DNA from: a virus
IMG/VR virus record: IMGVR_UViG_3300014257_000015
Span: 41,430 to 105,429 of that record
Reading direction: 5' to 3' (one strand)
DNA: 64,000 nt
Shown here in pieces: positions 47,371 to 57,766 of this stretch (positions within the stretch are counted from its first letter, which is position 1; the number at the start of each line of letters is the position of its first letter). Below the pieces are notes generated by a model, which was not told the DNA's origin, made no database searches, and was given only the letters and a program-made list of their open reading frames with translations. The position numbers were made by a program, and so were the translations under genes.

Positions 47371-48152
47371 GTCGCCACATCGTACGGGTTGAACCAATTG
47401 TGTCGCGCAAATTCCAGGGCGCTTGTCGGATGCCGTACCCCGGGCGCCCTGGAGGCTGTCCCAACTTCGATCACAAACGCGGTTGCCCATCGGGGGTGCC
47501 TCTGTTCAACGAGGTATTCAGAGGGCCAGTTCACGCTGTATTCTATCGTTTCAACCTCGAAGCGTTCGGCGAACGAATGTTGGCGCGAAACCCGAAGATG
47601 ACACGGAAGCAATCGCGTTGTCTCTTGTATTGGCAACCCCGGGCGCGTAAGCATCTTCGGGAATTGGTCGCATATACGCTGGAATGGTTCAGAGAACGAA
47701 ACAAACGGCGAATGGCCTCGGTTTGCCCAGAAGCTCTTGGTGTCGATGTATTCACAACGATGCGAAACGCTGGTGTTGAGTTGGAATGGCCTGTAGAAAA
47801 GTGGGTGACACTCGTCGCCTTCGTCGCTCGCCCTAGAGATGGATACGCGGACACAGATTGGTGGCATATGATCGGGGGCGCCGAGTATCAAACAGAACCA
47901 AAGCACAATGAAAGTTCGGGTTTGATGACTTTTAGGAAGATCGGCGAAGCTCTGGATATGCACCCGGCCTATGCGCATGCGATTTACGAAAAGGCGTTGC
48001 GTAAATTGCGCCATCCTCGTAACCGTCGGGTGCTTCGTGATTTCATCGATCCTTCGCCCAACGACATCGGCCCTTCAGGCGCCGTTAAACGTCATCCGAC
48101 TTTGGAAGAGATTGAAGAGTATGTGCAGAAATTTTGGCCAAGGTTGATTTGA
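47367..48152 (+). CDS. DUF2284-like metal-binding domain fused to a sigma70 region 4-like domain
   Basis: C......GCPN....GCP...PEALGVDV; C-terminal TFRKIG..L.......IYEKALRKLRHP...RVLRDF. Confidence 0.6.
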   Translation: MSRHIVRVEPIVSRKFQGACRMPYPGRPGGCPNFDHKRGCPSGVPLFNEVFRGPVHAVFYRFNLEAFGERMLARNPKMTRKQSRCLLYWQPRARKHLRELVAYTLEWFRERNKRRMASVCPEALGVDVFTTMRNAGVELEWPVEKWVTLVAFVARPRDGYADTDWWHMIGGAEYQTEPKHNESSGLMTFRKIGEALDMHPAYAHAIYEKALRKLRHPRNRRVLRDFIDPSPNDIGPSGAVKRHPTLEEIEEYVQKFWPRLI

Positions 48153-49604
48153 TGGAAGTCAAATACGACAACATCGAGATTTCATTGCCCACTGCGAAGT
48201 ACATGTTGCGCAAATTGGGCGTGAAGCTCGAAGACGCGAAGCGCCTTGGGGCATTGATGCACCGCGTTGTCCAAGAGGCCATCGAGCGCGAACGAGATGC
48301 AGAAAAGACATTCGAGGCATTCAGGGAAACGAGGCGAAAAACATGAAGTGCAATATTTGTGGCCGCCGCGCTCGTTCGATGGTTGACATGCACGATATCG
48401 GCGGGCCTGTTCTGGGTCTTTGTTCCGATTGCAAAGGTGCGTTGATGAAGAAAATGAATAGGCTAAGAGGGAAGAGGGGTGTTGAATTGGAAACAGAGGT
48501 TACGAGGTGGGCGCTGTCTCGCTGCCGCAAGATTCACAACGAGAGGATACGGAAAACCAGATGGTTGTTGTGGCGCTAATGGAAAGGGCCTGTAGAAATA
48601 TCTCGGCGATTGAACGCCGTATGCTCGCCTTCATCACAGAGCTTCGTGGCGTTTGGCTCCCGAGGTTGAAGGGGCGCCGCGCGAAGCGAATCAAAGACAA
48701 ATTGGACGCTGTTGAAAAAGGGCTACGCGACTCACAATCCATGAGTCACGAGGATGACGTTACTGGCACGTAGTGCGGAACCCCTGTGCAAGTACACCTA
48801 CACAATATTGACACTCGTTGCTTTTGGATAGATATTGGCAACGATTGGAAGTATTATTGGAGGATGGCCTTGGATATCAAAAGAATGTCATCAACCGTCA
48901 CCACACAGGCGTCGAAGGATTGGGACGGCCACCAGCGTGATATGGATTTGTTGAAGGGACGCCTAGCCAAGGCTGTAAAGCGAAATGGTGTGCTCGTTGA
49001 ATGTTGGAGTGAGACGTTGGATGCATTGATGCGCCATGGACGTCATCGCGCTGGATGCCCTCGAAAGACGAAGTCAGGAAAATGCAATTGCATCATTGGC
49101 ACCGTTGTTGAAGAGTTGCGCACCAGAGGTGTAAAGAGAATATCGAAATTGCCTTGAGTCATCGTCCACCACCGCTTTTCAAAATAAAGCGCAGAGCAGA
49201 CCGGAGGTGGCAATGCGGCGGATCAATACTGATATCACAAATTTCTTGAAAGACAAGACCAATGATGTTGTGGATGGTGATTTGGAAGCGCTGGCAACGA
49301 TCGTCAACGAACTCATCGACGAGAAATGGGAAAGAGACGAGCAAGGCGATAGGAAAATTGAATTTCACGTGGTAGATCGCACAACAACAGAACCCTTACC
49401 ATTCATTCCACTTCCTCGGCTTCAAGCTTCGATGAATAGCGAGGAGAAACTGAACGAATACGTAGGTTTGGCCGCCGCCAATGTTCGCCTTGCTCTCGAA
49501 AATCTCACCAACGCGTTGAAAATACGTGATGCTATGGTGAAAAATGAGTTGGAGAAGGCGGCCAACGGCTAACCCCTCGTGCGTCGTTCGGGTACGATAC
49601 AATC

Positions 49605-50291
49605 ATGTTGAAATTGACCAAATCAGAAATGATGGAAGCCATCACCCGAATCTATGGGCGGCTGGCTGAAGGGGCGAAAGACGCAGAGATCATCGAGGAG
49701 ATGGGAATCAGCGCCGATGATTACGTGGCGCTGAAGACATCGATGTTTGACACGAAGGCCGACGAGATACGCACGCGGCCTATCGAACACGTGTACATCG
49801 ACTATCTTTTGAAACAGTCGGAGAACGTCAAAGATCTCACCGACATGATCAAGGAATTCAAGACTACGAAGCAATACACGGCCCTCGTAGGAGCGGTTCG
49901 AGCGCGCAGTGACATCTATGACAAGTTGATCTCAGTCGGCCAGGATTGCGGCTTGATCCATCGCCAGCCGAAACGCAAAGAGATTATGGCAGGAGTGGTT
50001 GTTGCGGACCTCACCAACCTACAGCTCAAGAAAATGATCACGAAAGAGTTGGGCGATCTGAATGCGCTGATGTCGAGGTATGGAGAGCGCAGCATCATGG
50101 AAATTGACGCTGGCGAAATCTATCACGGGAAGGCCGAAAGCTCAGTAGTTCTGGATGATGAAGACGACGAGAGAGATTTGGATGTGCCCGCGATTTTAAG
50201 CTCAGCTCTTCCGTCACACAAACCAAAGTTCAAGAGTGAACGGGATCGCAGGGGTGCCCGCCGCGCGGGCAGGAAGGTGATGAAAGAATGA
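49605..50291 (+). CDS. HTH protein, possible terminase small subunit
   Basis: N-terminal HTH-like G.KDAEI.EEMGIS, helical body; distant from TerL. Confidence 0.35.
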   Translation: MLKLTKSEMMEAITRIYGRLAEGAKDAEIIEEMGISADDYVALKTSMFDTKADEIRTRPIEHVYIDYLLKQSENVKDLTDMIKEFKTTKQYTALVGAVRARSDIYDKLISVGQDCGLIHRQPKRKEIMAGVVVADLTNLQLKKMITKELGDLNALMSRYGERSIMEIDAGEIYHGKAESSVVLDDEDDERDLDVPAILSSALPSHKPKFKSERDRRGARRAGRKVMKE

Positions 50292-51157
50292 GCGGCGAAA
50301 AGTCGTTCGACGGGGCTGAAGCCTTGTCGAAGATCAGCGGCATTCCGAAATCAGAAGTGATGAAGATTTGGGAAGAGGTGAAAGCCAATCAACTAACATT
50401 GGACAGCTGCGAAGGTCCGCACGAATTCTTGAAAGACACTTCCATTCGCGCAAACAGATACAAGTGTACAAAGTGCGGCGGATGGGCTTCGGCTGAGGGT
50501 GCCGGTTGGTACAACAAAGGGCTTCAGCACGGGCGCGACGGCAAATGAAACTCGAAGAGTTGCGCGAGATGTTCTCGGGCAAATCACCCGAAGTAGCGCA
50601 ACATCCCAAAGTGATCCCTGCGAAGAGGATCAAAATCACATTCGACGACATCGCAAGAGCTTCTGTCGATTTCGCGAACATCCCGGATACTAGGGCTGAA
50701 ATAATCAATATGGAGGCGAGGAAGCGGTTGGATGAGAGTGTTATCGGCTCTCACTTCACAACAAGCCCGTCCAGGTTGTGGCTGCTCTCGACGCATTGCG
50801 ACGGCGTTCTTTCGCCTTGTGGCGAGATTCCCACGAATGTTGTCAAAGCATTACCGATGCACACGCCATCAGGCGAGGCAGAAAATTGGTATCTGTGCGA
50901 ACGTTGTGAAAAAGAATACAAAGAGAATTGGCTGGAAAGTTGTTCTGATTGGGACCTTCTTTCTTGCGAGAATTGCAGGACAAAACCGGCAAGGACCATC
51001 CCAGCGCTGACGCGTTATCCTTGGGATGGAACGGGTGAAGATCCCAATAGGCCGCTTGACCTCTGTTTTCGCTGTTCCCGTGATTACGTTGAACATTGGA
51101 AAAATATGTGGGGCGAGTATGCTTCAACCAGATTTTAACGATTGGAGTCGATTTTGG

Positions 51158-51186
51158 TTGACTTCCAATTACAAATAGACTATGAT
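51158..51186 (+). promoter_or_regulatory. Sigma70-type promoter (repeat family)
   Basis: TCGATTTTGG-TTGACT-TCCAATTACAAATAGAC-TATGAT. Confidence 0.8.
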
Positions 51187-51216
51187 CCCCGTATAACTGA
51201 AAAAGGAGAACCGGCC

Positions 51217-51522
51217 ATGACATGTTCACGCAAACACACAGTTCCACAAATACCAGACGAATATTGGAAGTGTTCGAAATGTGGCGAGGTGGATAACTTT
51301 GTCCTTGAACCGCCTGAAGGGATGGAAGACAAGGATGAAGATTGTCCATTGCTACATGATGACGATGATTGTGTCTGCTATTCGTGTGGAAATGCGACGA
51401 CAGCCAAGCGCTTCGCCGCTTCGTTCGCGAAGAAAAATGACTTAGTCGCTTGTCCTTGTTGCGCGGGCAAGGGCCTATTGCCGTCGAAGAAAGCCGCCTC
51501 GATCAAGGAGAAGTTGAAATGA
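51217..51522 (+). CDS. Cys-rich hypothetical protein
   Basis: GGAGAACCGGCC-ATG; CSKC, CYSC, CPCCAGKG. Confidence 0.6.
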   Translation: MTCSRKHTVPQIPDEYWKCSKCGEVDNFVLEPPEGMEDKDEDCPLLHDDDDCVCYSCGNATTAKRFAASFAKKNDLVACPCCAGKGLLPSKKAASIKEKLK

Positions 51523-52409
51523 CAGAATCTATCATTCGCCCTATGTTGGCTGGACAAATCAAGGATGAAGAAAAACTCAAGTATCCGTTGATTGCTTCGC
51601 CGAAGCTTGACGGAATACGGTGCTTGAAGATCGAAGGGCGAGTGCTCGCGCGCTCTCTCAAACCGATCAAAAACAACTACATCAGAACTGTGTTGGAGGA
51701 GTTGCTACCCGACGGTGTGGACGGGGAGTTGATGGCTGGAGACACATTCCAGGCATGCACGTCGGCTGTGATGTCTGAAGATGGTGAACCAGAATTCAAG
51801 CTGTGGTGTTTTGACATGGTTGGCGGAGATTTGAAACAACCGTACATCGACAGACTTCGAGCGTTGAAGAAAGCCATAGTCAAAATCAATGACCCACGCG
51901 TTGAATTCGTTCCAATCAAATCCATCAACTCAAAAGAGGAATTGGACGAGTGCGAGAAGAAGTGCTTGGCCGAGGGGTTCGAGGGCGTAATGGTGCGAGA
52001 TCCGTGTGGCCCTTACAAATGTGGTCGCAGCACCGAACGGGAAGGCTGGTTGTTGAAGCTAAAGCGCTTCGTGGACTCTGAAGCTGAAATCATCGGTTTC
52101 GAAGAATTGATGCACAACAACAACGAAAAGAAAACCAACGAGCTTGGTCTGACACAGCGTTCCACGGCAAAGGCCGGGAAGGTGCCGGGCGGAACGCTCG
52201 GGAAATTTCTTGTGCGTGATCTGAAAAGTGGCGTCGAAGGAAGGATTGGTACAGGGGTTGGTCTGACGCAAAAGCTCAGGCAGGCGATTTGGGACAATCG
52301 AGACGCATATTTGGGCGCTGTTGTCAAATACAGATACCAAGAAATTGGTGTGAAAGACAAAGCACGCATCCCAGTCTTCATCGGCTTCCGCGACAAAACA
52401 GATCTGTAA
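51519..52409 (+). CDS. ATP-dependent DNA ligase
   Basis: SPKLDGIR, DGEL, FD, EGVMVR, LLKLK, OB domain. Confidence 0.93.
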   Translation: MTESIIRPMLAGQIKDEEKLKYPLIASPKLDGIRCLKIEGRVLARSLKPIKNNYIRTVLEELLPDGVDGELMAGDTFQACTSAVMSEDGEPEFKLWCFDMVGGDLKQPYIDRLRALKKAIVKINDPRVEFVPIKSINSKEELDECEKKCLAEGFEGVMVRDPCGPYKCGRSTEREGWLLKLKRFVDSEAEIIGFEELMHNNNEKKTNELGLTQRSTAKAGKVPGGTLGKFLVRDLKSGVEGRIGTGVGLTQKLRQAIWDNRDAYLGAVVKYRYQEIGVKDKARIPVFIGFRDKTDL

Positions 52410-53376
52410 TCATCCTGTAGCAATCCAAACACATAGGTAACAGCGAGAGGAACGCCGCAATGTCGGAAAGATATGCCAACATCCAAGAGTCATTGCAAAT
52501 GATGGCAAAATGGGCGGCGTCTGTTCGTCCGCTGTTGATGGAGTTCATACCTGGTGTGGTTGATGATGAGAATAGACAGAATCTGCTTGACTTCGTTGGT
52601 GCGATGGATAAAATATCGGCGTTACTTTCGACATTCAAAGAAATTGAACAGACGTTTTTTGACTCGATGATGGTCATTCAGCGTTGCGGCGCGCACCTTG
52701 AATCGAAGCTCAAGAGAGACTTCACAGAGAAGGCCCCTTGCCCACCGGTGCGCGTCGAACTAAACCACCCGGTACACAATCCATTTTTCCACAGGCCGGA
52801 AGACTTGAACTAATGGATGCAGATCAACTGATCATAGACCGTCTGCGAGAAGTGATCAGAGATCTTGAAGTGCGAGTCAAAACACAACGCGCCGAACACG
52901 AAGCGGACGCTGTCCGCCGCCTCATCGCAGCACTAAACAAACCCATCCAGAATAGCATCGCACACGGAAACACCGTTGTTCAAATTGGGCTTCTGCGTGC
53001 CATAAATGAAGAGTTCAACGACTCGATAGGTACAAAGAAACAATGCGATGGAACCGTGGTTGAGTTCGTCGTTCGAGGCGATGATGGCGGAACAACACAG
53101 CATACCAAAGGCCAAGGCGAGGATATCAGCACTTCAATTCAACGTGCGTATTCTGAAACGCAAAATGAAGGAAGCTGAAAAGAAATATGAGGTTGCATTT
53201 CGCGCATGGAGACGAGTCGACGACAAGTTGATCGACGCCAAGCATGATCTAGAAGACACCCTAAGAAAGCAACGGATCGAAAAAGAAAAACCAGCGCGAC
53301 CTTGCCGCTGAACCTCCATACGGTTTATGCTTTGGCCTACTGTTGAAGTCGTAAACACCCATTGGAGGAAGAAACA

Positions 53377-53679
53377 ATGTCATCCGGCGTAACAAGAACA
53401 AAGACGGGTTGTGTGGTTGGTACAGGTGCTTCACTTGACGTGAAAACCGTAGGCTTCCAACCGAAGTATGTGAAGGTGGTCAGCGTTGCAGGGTTGGTCC
53501 AAGAAGAGTGGTATGAAGGGATGACCGAAGGTGATGCTGTAAAGCAGGTCACCGACGGAACGCTCAGCCACATCACAGGCGATACAGGGATCACTCCTCT
53601 CGTCAACGGCTTTACGATCGGTCTCGACGTAAACATCAACGTTGCAGGAGTGCCAGTATACTGGCTAGCTGTAGAGTAA
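53377..53679 (+). CDS. Hypothetical protein (possible virion protein)
   Basis: GGAGG RBS; VGFQPKYVKV motif. Confidence 0.55.
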   Translation: MSSGVTRTKTGCVVGTGASLDVKTVGFQPKYVKVVSVAGLVQEEWYEGMTEGDAVKQVTDGTLSHITGDTGITPLVNGFTIGLDVNINVAGVPVYWLAVE

Positions 53680-53738
53680 GGCGACTCGGGCGTGGGCAAC
53701 CGCGCCCAAACCTTTCCCGTACAACAGAGGGTTGAGTC

Positions 53739-54113
53739 ATGGCAGATACGTCCACAGCACCGAAGACGGCGCCGCAATACACACACTACAGGACGGTCAC
53801 CGGCGCCGTGGATACGCTTCCCGAGACGACCAAAGCACACGGAATGAACGCGGCCATATTCGAGCGAGCGAACATCCAGGTAGTTCCATCAGACGGGGCC
53901 AATCCAACGGTTGACGTGCTTTGGTGGAGCGATGAGGCGGATGCCTTCATCCAAGAGCACACCAATATCCAAAAGGCGGGCATTGGCGCTGACACACCGT
54001 ATGAATTCACAATCGAAAGCCTTGGCAGGATATTTTTTGTTGCAGTGACGAGCGGCGTGGCAGCGGGACAGACAGCAAAAATTTTCGTGTCTGGCTACGG
54101 GTTGGACGAGTAG
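53739..54113 (+). CDS. Hypothetical protein
   Basis: ORF after a GCAA-tetraloop hairpin at 53688-53707. Confidence 0.55.
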   Translation: MADTSTAPKTAPQYTHYRTVTGAVDTLPETTKAHGMNAAIFERANIQVVPSDGANPTVDVLWWSDEADAFIQEHTNIQKAGIGADTPYEFTIESLGRIFFVAVTSGVAAGQTAKIFVSGYGLDE

Positions 54114-54409
54114 GAGTTTGCGATGGAAGGCCATTCGCTGGTGCGCACACGGCTGAAAAGAATGCCCGATGTTGTGACCATTTTGAACAAGAATGGCTCA
54201 AATGTCACGCTGGTTTCGGAAGGAATGCTGAAGTGTCGATGTAAATCCTGCGACACCACATTCTACATGTCCAGTGATATGGCACAAGTTTGTCCCTGCT
54301 GCATTGGCAGAGAGATTGAAAAAGTGTGGACAAGGCCGCAGACACTTCTCGTGCCTGAGAATGAATTGCCGATAGCGAAGGCTGCCGCTAAAAACAGCGC
54401 ACGAGGACG

Positions 54410-55894
54410 TTGATGTTTACGCCTTCGGCCGCTGCGAAGCTCGTGCCACTGATTGGCGAGGGGTCAAAGTCAATCGAACACGCAGAGCGCTCCCAGCTCA
54501 TACAATACTATCAGCATTGCAAAGCGATGGGATCCGAATGGATCAAGCGCCAAATCATTGACAACAATCGAATCGATATCCTTGCAATGGCTGTGTTAGG
54601 TTATGAGGTGCAGCCGTTCCACATGTCGATGATGAAGTATCAGTTTCAGCACCCTGACTCGCTACAGCTCGCTTTTCGTGGCGCTGGAAAATCGACCGTT
54701 CTTACCATCACAAAGACAATTCACTATCTTCTGAAAAATCCGAACCTGCGAGTGCTCCTGGCGTCGAAGACATCGACCAACGCCGAAGCGTTTCTGAAAG
54801 AGATCAAAGCGCATTTTGAGTCCAACGAGATGTTGACCAATCTCTTCGGTGCCTATTACGATTCCAACCGCGTCACAAAGTGGGACAACCGTGAGATTGA
54901 GGTTCTTCCACGAACGCAGCGCACGAAGGAAGCGAGTGTTACTTGTGTTGGCGTCGAGGGAACGGTTGTTGGAAAGCACTACGACATCATCATCAGCGAT
55001 GACCTCGTTGACGAGGAGAACACGCGCACGAAGTACATGCGCGATAAGACACAACAATGGTATTACCAAACACTAGATCCAACGCTTGAGCCGCCGTCAT
55101 CAACCGTTCCACATCGAGGTGAACACCATCGCCTCGGCACCCGATATCATTATGATGATTTGTACGGCCACTTGATCGCGAATGAGCTGAAGCATCACCA
55201 CAACATCATTCGCGCCCTCGACGAGCGCGGGAGAAGCCCTTGGCCGTCGAAGTATCCGTCAAAATGGTTCAAGGAGAAAAAACGCAAGTCAGGCGTAATC
55301 ATCTTCAACGCACAGTACCAATGCGACACCGAAGCGATGAAGGGCGAGGTGTTCCAATACGACGATTGCCAGAAGGTTGATGACGATCAGATCCCAGGCG
55401 GCCTTCGTATTTACATGGGAATCGATTTGGCCATCAGCGAAAAACAAGCGGCCGACCACTTTGCGATTGTAGTCGTAGGGAAAGACAGCACAGACAGATA
55501 CTACGTGCTGGATTGGTACGATGGACAACTGCGGTTTTCAAAACAGACAGCGAAAATCATCGAATACTACAACAAGTGGGACCCAATACGGGCATCTATC
55601 GAAACCAACGCATATCAAGAAGCACAATACCAACAGTTGAAAGACGGCGACAAGGATATTCGTTTGTTGCCTACGAAGCAGGACAAGGACAAGATCACCA
55701 GGGCGTGGAAATTGTCGCCAATGTTTGAAGACAAACGCGTTTTTTTCAAGAAGAATATGGACCTGATGATCGAACAACTTGTCTTGTTCCCCAACTATCG
55801 ATACAAGGATTTGTTCGATGCCTTGGATCTAGCCATCGGGGCAAGCAAGAAACGCAAAAGGAAATCACGCAACAAAGAACCCGGCGTGATTTAA
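54410..55894 (+). CDS. Terminase large subunit
   Basis: FRGAGKS Walker A, IISDD Walker B, GTRYH, GIDLA nuclease, DLFDA. Confidence 0.92.
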   Translation: MMFTPSAAAKLVPLIGEGSKSIEHAERSQLIQYYQHCKAMGSEWIKRQIIDNNRIDILAMAVLGYEVQPFHMSMMKYQFQHPDSLQLAFRGAGKSTVLTITKTIHYLLKNPNLRVLLASKTSTNAEAFLKEIKAHFESNEMLTNLFGAYYDSNRVTKWDNREIEVLPRTQRTKEASVTCVGVEGTVVGKHYDIIISDDLVDEENTRTKYMRDKTQQWYYQTLDPTLEPPSSTVPHRGEHHRLGTRYHYDDLYGHLIANELKHHHNIIRALDERGRSPWPSKYPSKWFKEKKRKSGVIIFNAQYQCDTEAMKGEVFQYDDCQKVDDDQIPGGLRIYMGIDLAISEKQAADHFAIVVVGKDSTDRYYVLDWYDGQLRFSKQTAKIIEYYNKWDPIRASIETNAYQEAQYQQLKDGDKDIRLLPTKQDKDKITRAWKLSPMFEDKRVFFKKNMDLMIEQLVLFPNYRYKDLFDALDLAIGASKKRKRKSRNKEPGVI

Positions 55895-55906
55895 GAGAGG
55901 TGGCTG

Positions 55907-57766
55907 ATGGAAAAAACTGTGTCTAGCGTGGTCAGCGCGGTCGCCACCAAGTCAGGGATGCACACGAATCAACAGGCTCTCGACGGCATCCGAGGGAAGC
56001 ACGGAAGCGTACGGGCGCGAATCATCGAGGTGCAAACACAGAAAGATTTCACGGCAGACCCATCGTCACCTGGAAAGTCAAAGAAGGAAAACACAGACCC
56101 TGTCACGAAGTTGGTGAAGAGCGGTCAAGCTCTCCAGCCGCCGTTTGATCTTCTCACACTCTCGATGCTCCCGGAGCACAGCACAGAGCTGGGGCAATGC
56201 ATCGAGGCCATGGAAGGTAACATTGATGGCTTTGGGCATCGCCTCGTGTCTCGGATGCGACTTGAAGACGAGGGGCTTGAGATCCCCGAAGCCATCAAGA
56301 AGGAAATCACCAAAGAACGAGTCAAGCTAATCAACTTCTTTCAGTATGCTTGTGGTGATGATTCGTTTGTGAAATTCAGAAAGAAGTTGCGCAGAGACTA
56401 CGAAACAACTGGCAATGCTTATTTTGAAGTCATTCGTGACATGGCTGGTAAAATACAGGGTTTTCGCCACATCCCGTCGCACCACATATTGATCGGCGGT
56501 CTGGAAGAGAAGGATCAGTTGGTTGATCGTCCTATCCTTGAACTCCAAGAAGATCTCAGTGTGGAGATCAAAAATGTAAAGGAGTGGCGAAAGTTCAGAC
56601 TGTATGCACAGGCTCGAACCGTCACAACCAAAAACCTATCCACATACACCGGGAAGACGCGTTGGTTCAAACAACTCGGCGACCCAAGGATGTACGATTA
56701 CGAGACGGGAGCCGTGGCAGACGAGACTCTGCCGCATGAAAGACGTGCCAACGAAATTGTTCACATTGCCAACTATTGCGCTCGAAGTCCATATGGCCTG
56801 CCCAGATACATTGGAAATCTCCTAAGCATCTTTGGCGATAGGGCCGCTGAAGAAATCAACTTCATCACATTTCGAAACAACAACATTCCATCGATGGTTG
56901 TGTGTTGTTCGAATGGACAGCTCACAGAAGGAACGATTGCGCGAATTGAATCGTTCGTTGAATCGCAAATCCAAGGCAGCGACAATTACTCTAAGTTTCT
57001 GATCCTCGAAGCTGAAACTGATTTAGAGGGTGAAGACGCGGGGCAAGTCAAGCTCGATATCAAGCCGCTCGTGAAAGAGCAGCACAAAGATGCCCTGTTC
57101 CAAAACTACTCCACCAACAACCAAGACAAGATCCGCCGCTGCTTCCGCCTTCCGCCGCTGTTCGTGGGCCGCGCCGATGATTACACACGGGCGACAGCAG
57201 ACGCCAGCCGTCGGCTCGCCGATGAGCAGGTGTTTTCCCCCGAGCGTGATGAATTTGATGAGTTGATGAATCGCATTGTGTTCCCGTACATGGGTGTTTT
57301 GTATCACAAGTACAAATCCAATAGCCCTAACACAACAGACAACGCAGAGTTGGTGAAGATATTGGCAGGCTCGGAGAAGACGGGCGGGATGACGCCGCGC
57401 ATCGCCCGTCAAATCCTCGAAGAAGTGTTGAACAGAGACCTGCCGCCGTTCCCGGCTGACTTCCCTGCCGACGTTCCTTTCAGCCTCACTATGGCCGAGG
57501 CCGTGAAAAACTTGGCGCAGCCGACAGAACCAGGGCAACAATTCACCGCTGTGAAATCACTCACAGGCGAAGACGACGAAGAAGGACCGGCGTTGGTTGA
57601 TGCGGAATGTTTGAAGTGCGGTAACAAGCAACTCGTTCACGCCATCGAGAAGTCGGATGACCCGTTGGTGGAATATCTGGTGAATACGAACAAGGCGATT
57701 GAGGCCAAATGGCAGAAAGCCCTCAAATCATCCAGCCAAGAAGAAAACGACCAGCCAGAAGATTAG
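55907..57766 (+). CDS. Portal protein (PBSX-like)
   Basis: DYETTGNAYFEV.R, YGLP, F.NNNIP, FRLPPLFVG...DY.RATA; follows TerL. Confidence 0.88.
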   Translation: MEKTVSSVVSAVATKSGMHTNQQALDGIRGKHGSVRARIIEVQTQKDFTADPSSPGKSKKENTDPVTKLVKSGQALQPPFDLLTLSMLPEHSTELGQCIEAMEGNIDGFGHRLVSRMRLEDEGLEIPEAIKKEITKERVKLINFFQYACGDDSFVKFRKKLRRDYETTGNAYFEVIRDMAGKIQGFRHIPSHHILIGGLEEKDQLVDRPILELQEDLSVEIKNVKEWRKFRLYAQARTVTTKNLSTYTGKTRWFKQLGDPRMYDYETGAVADETLPHERRANEIVHIANYCARSPYGLPRYIGNLLSIFGDRAAEEINFITFRNNNIPSMVVCCSNGQLTEGTIARIESFVESQIQGSDNYSKFLILEAETDLEGEDAGQVKLDIKPLVKEQHKDALFQNYSTNNQDKIRRCFRLPPLFVGRADDYTRATADASRRLADEQVFSPERDEFDELMNRIVFPYMGVLYHKYKSNSPNTTDNAELVKILAGSEKTGGMTPRIARQILEEVLNRDLPPFPADFPADVPFSLTMAEAVKNLAQPTEPGQQFTAVKSLTGEDDEEGPALVDAECLKCGNKQLVHAIEKSDDPLVEYLVNTNKAIEAKWQKALKSSSQEENDQPED

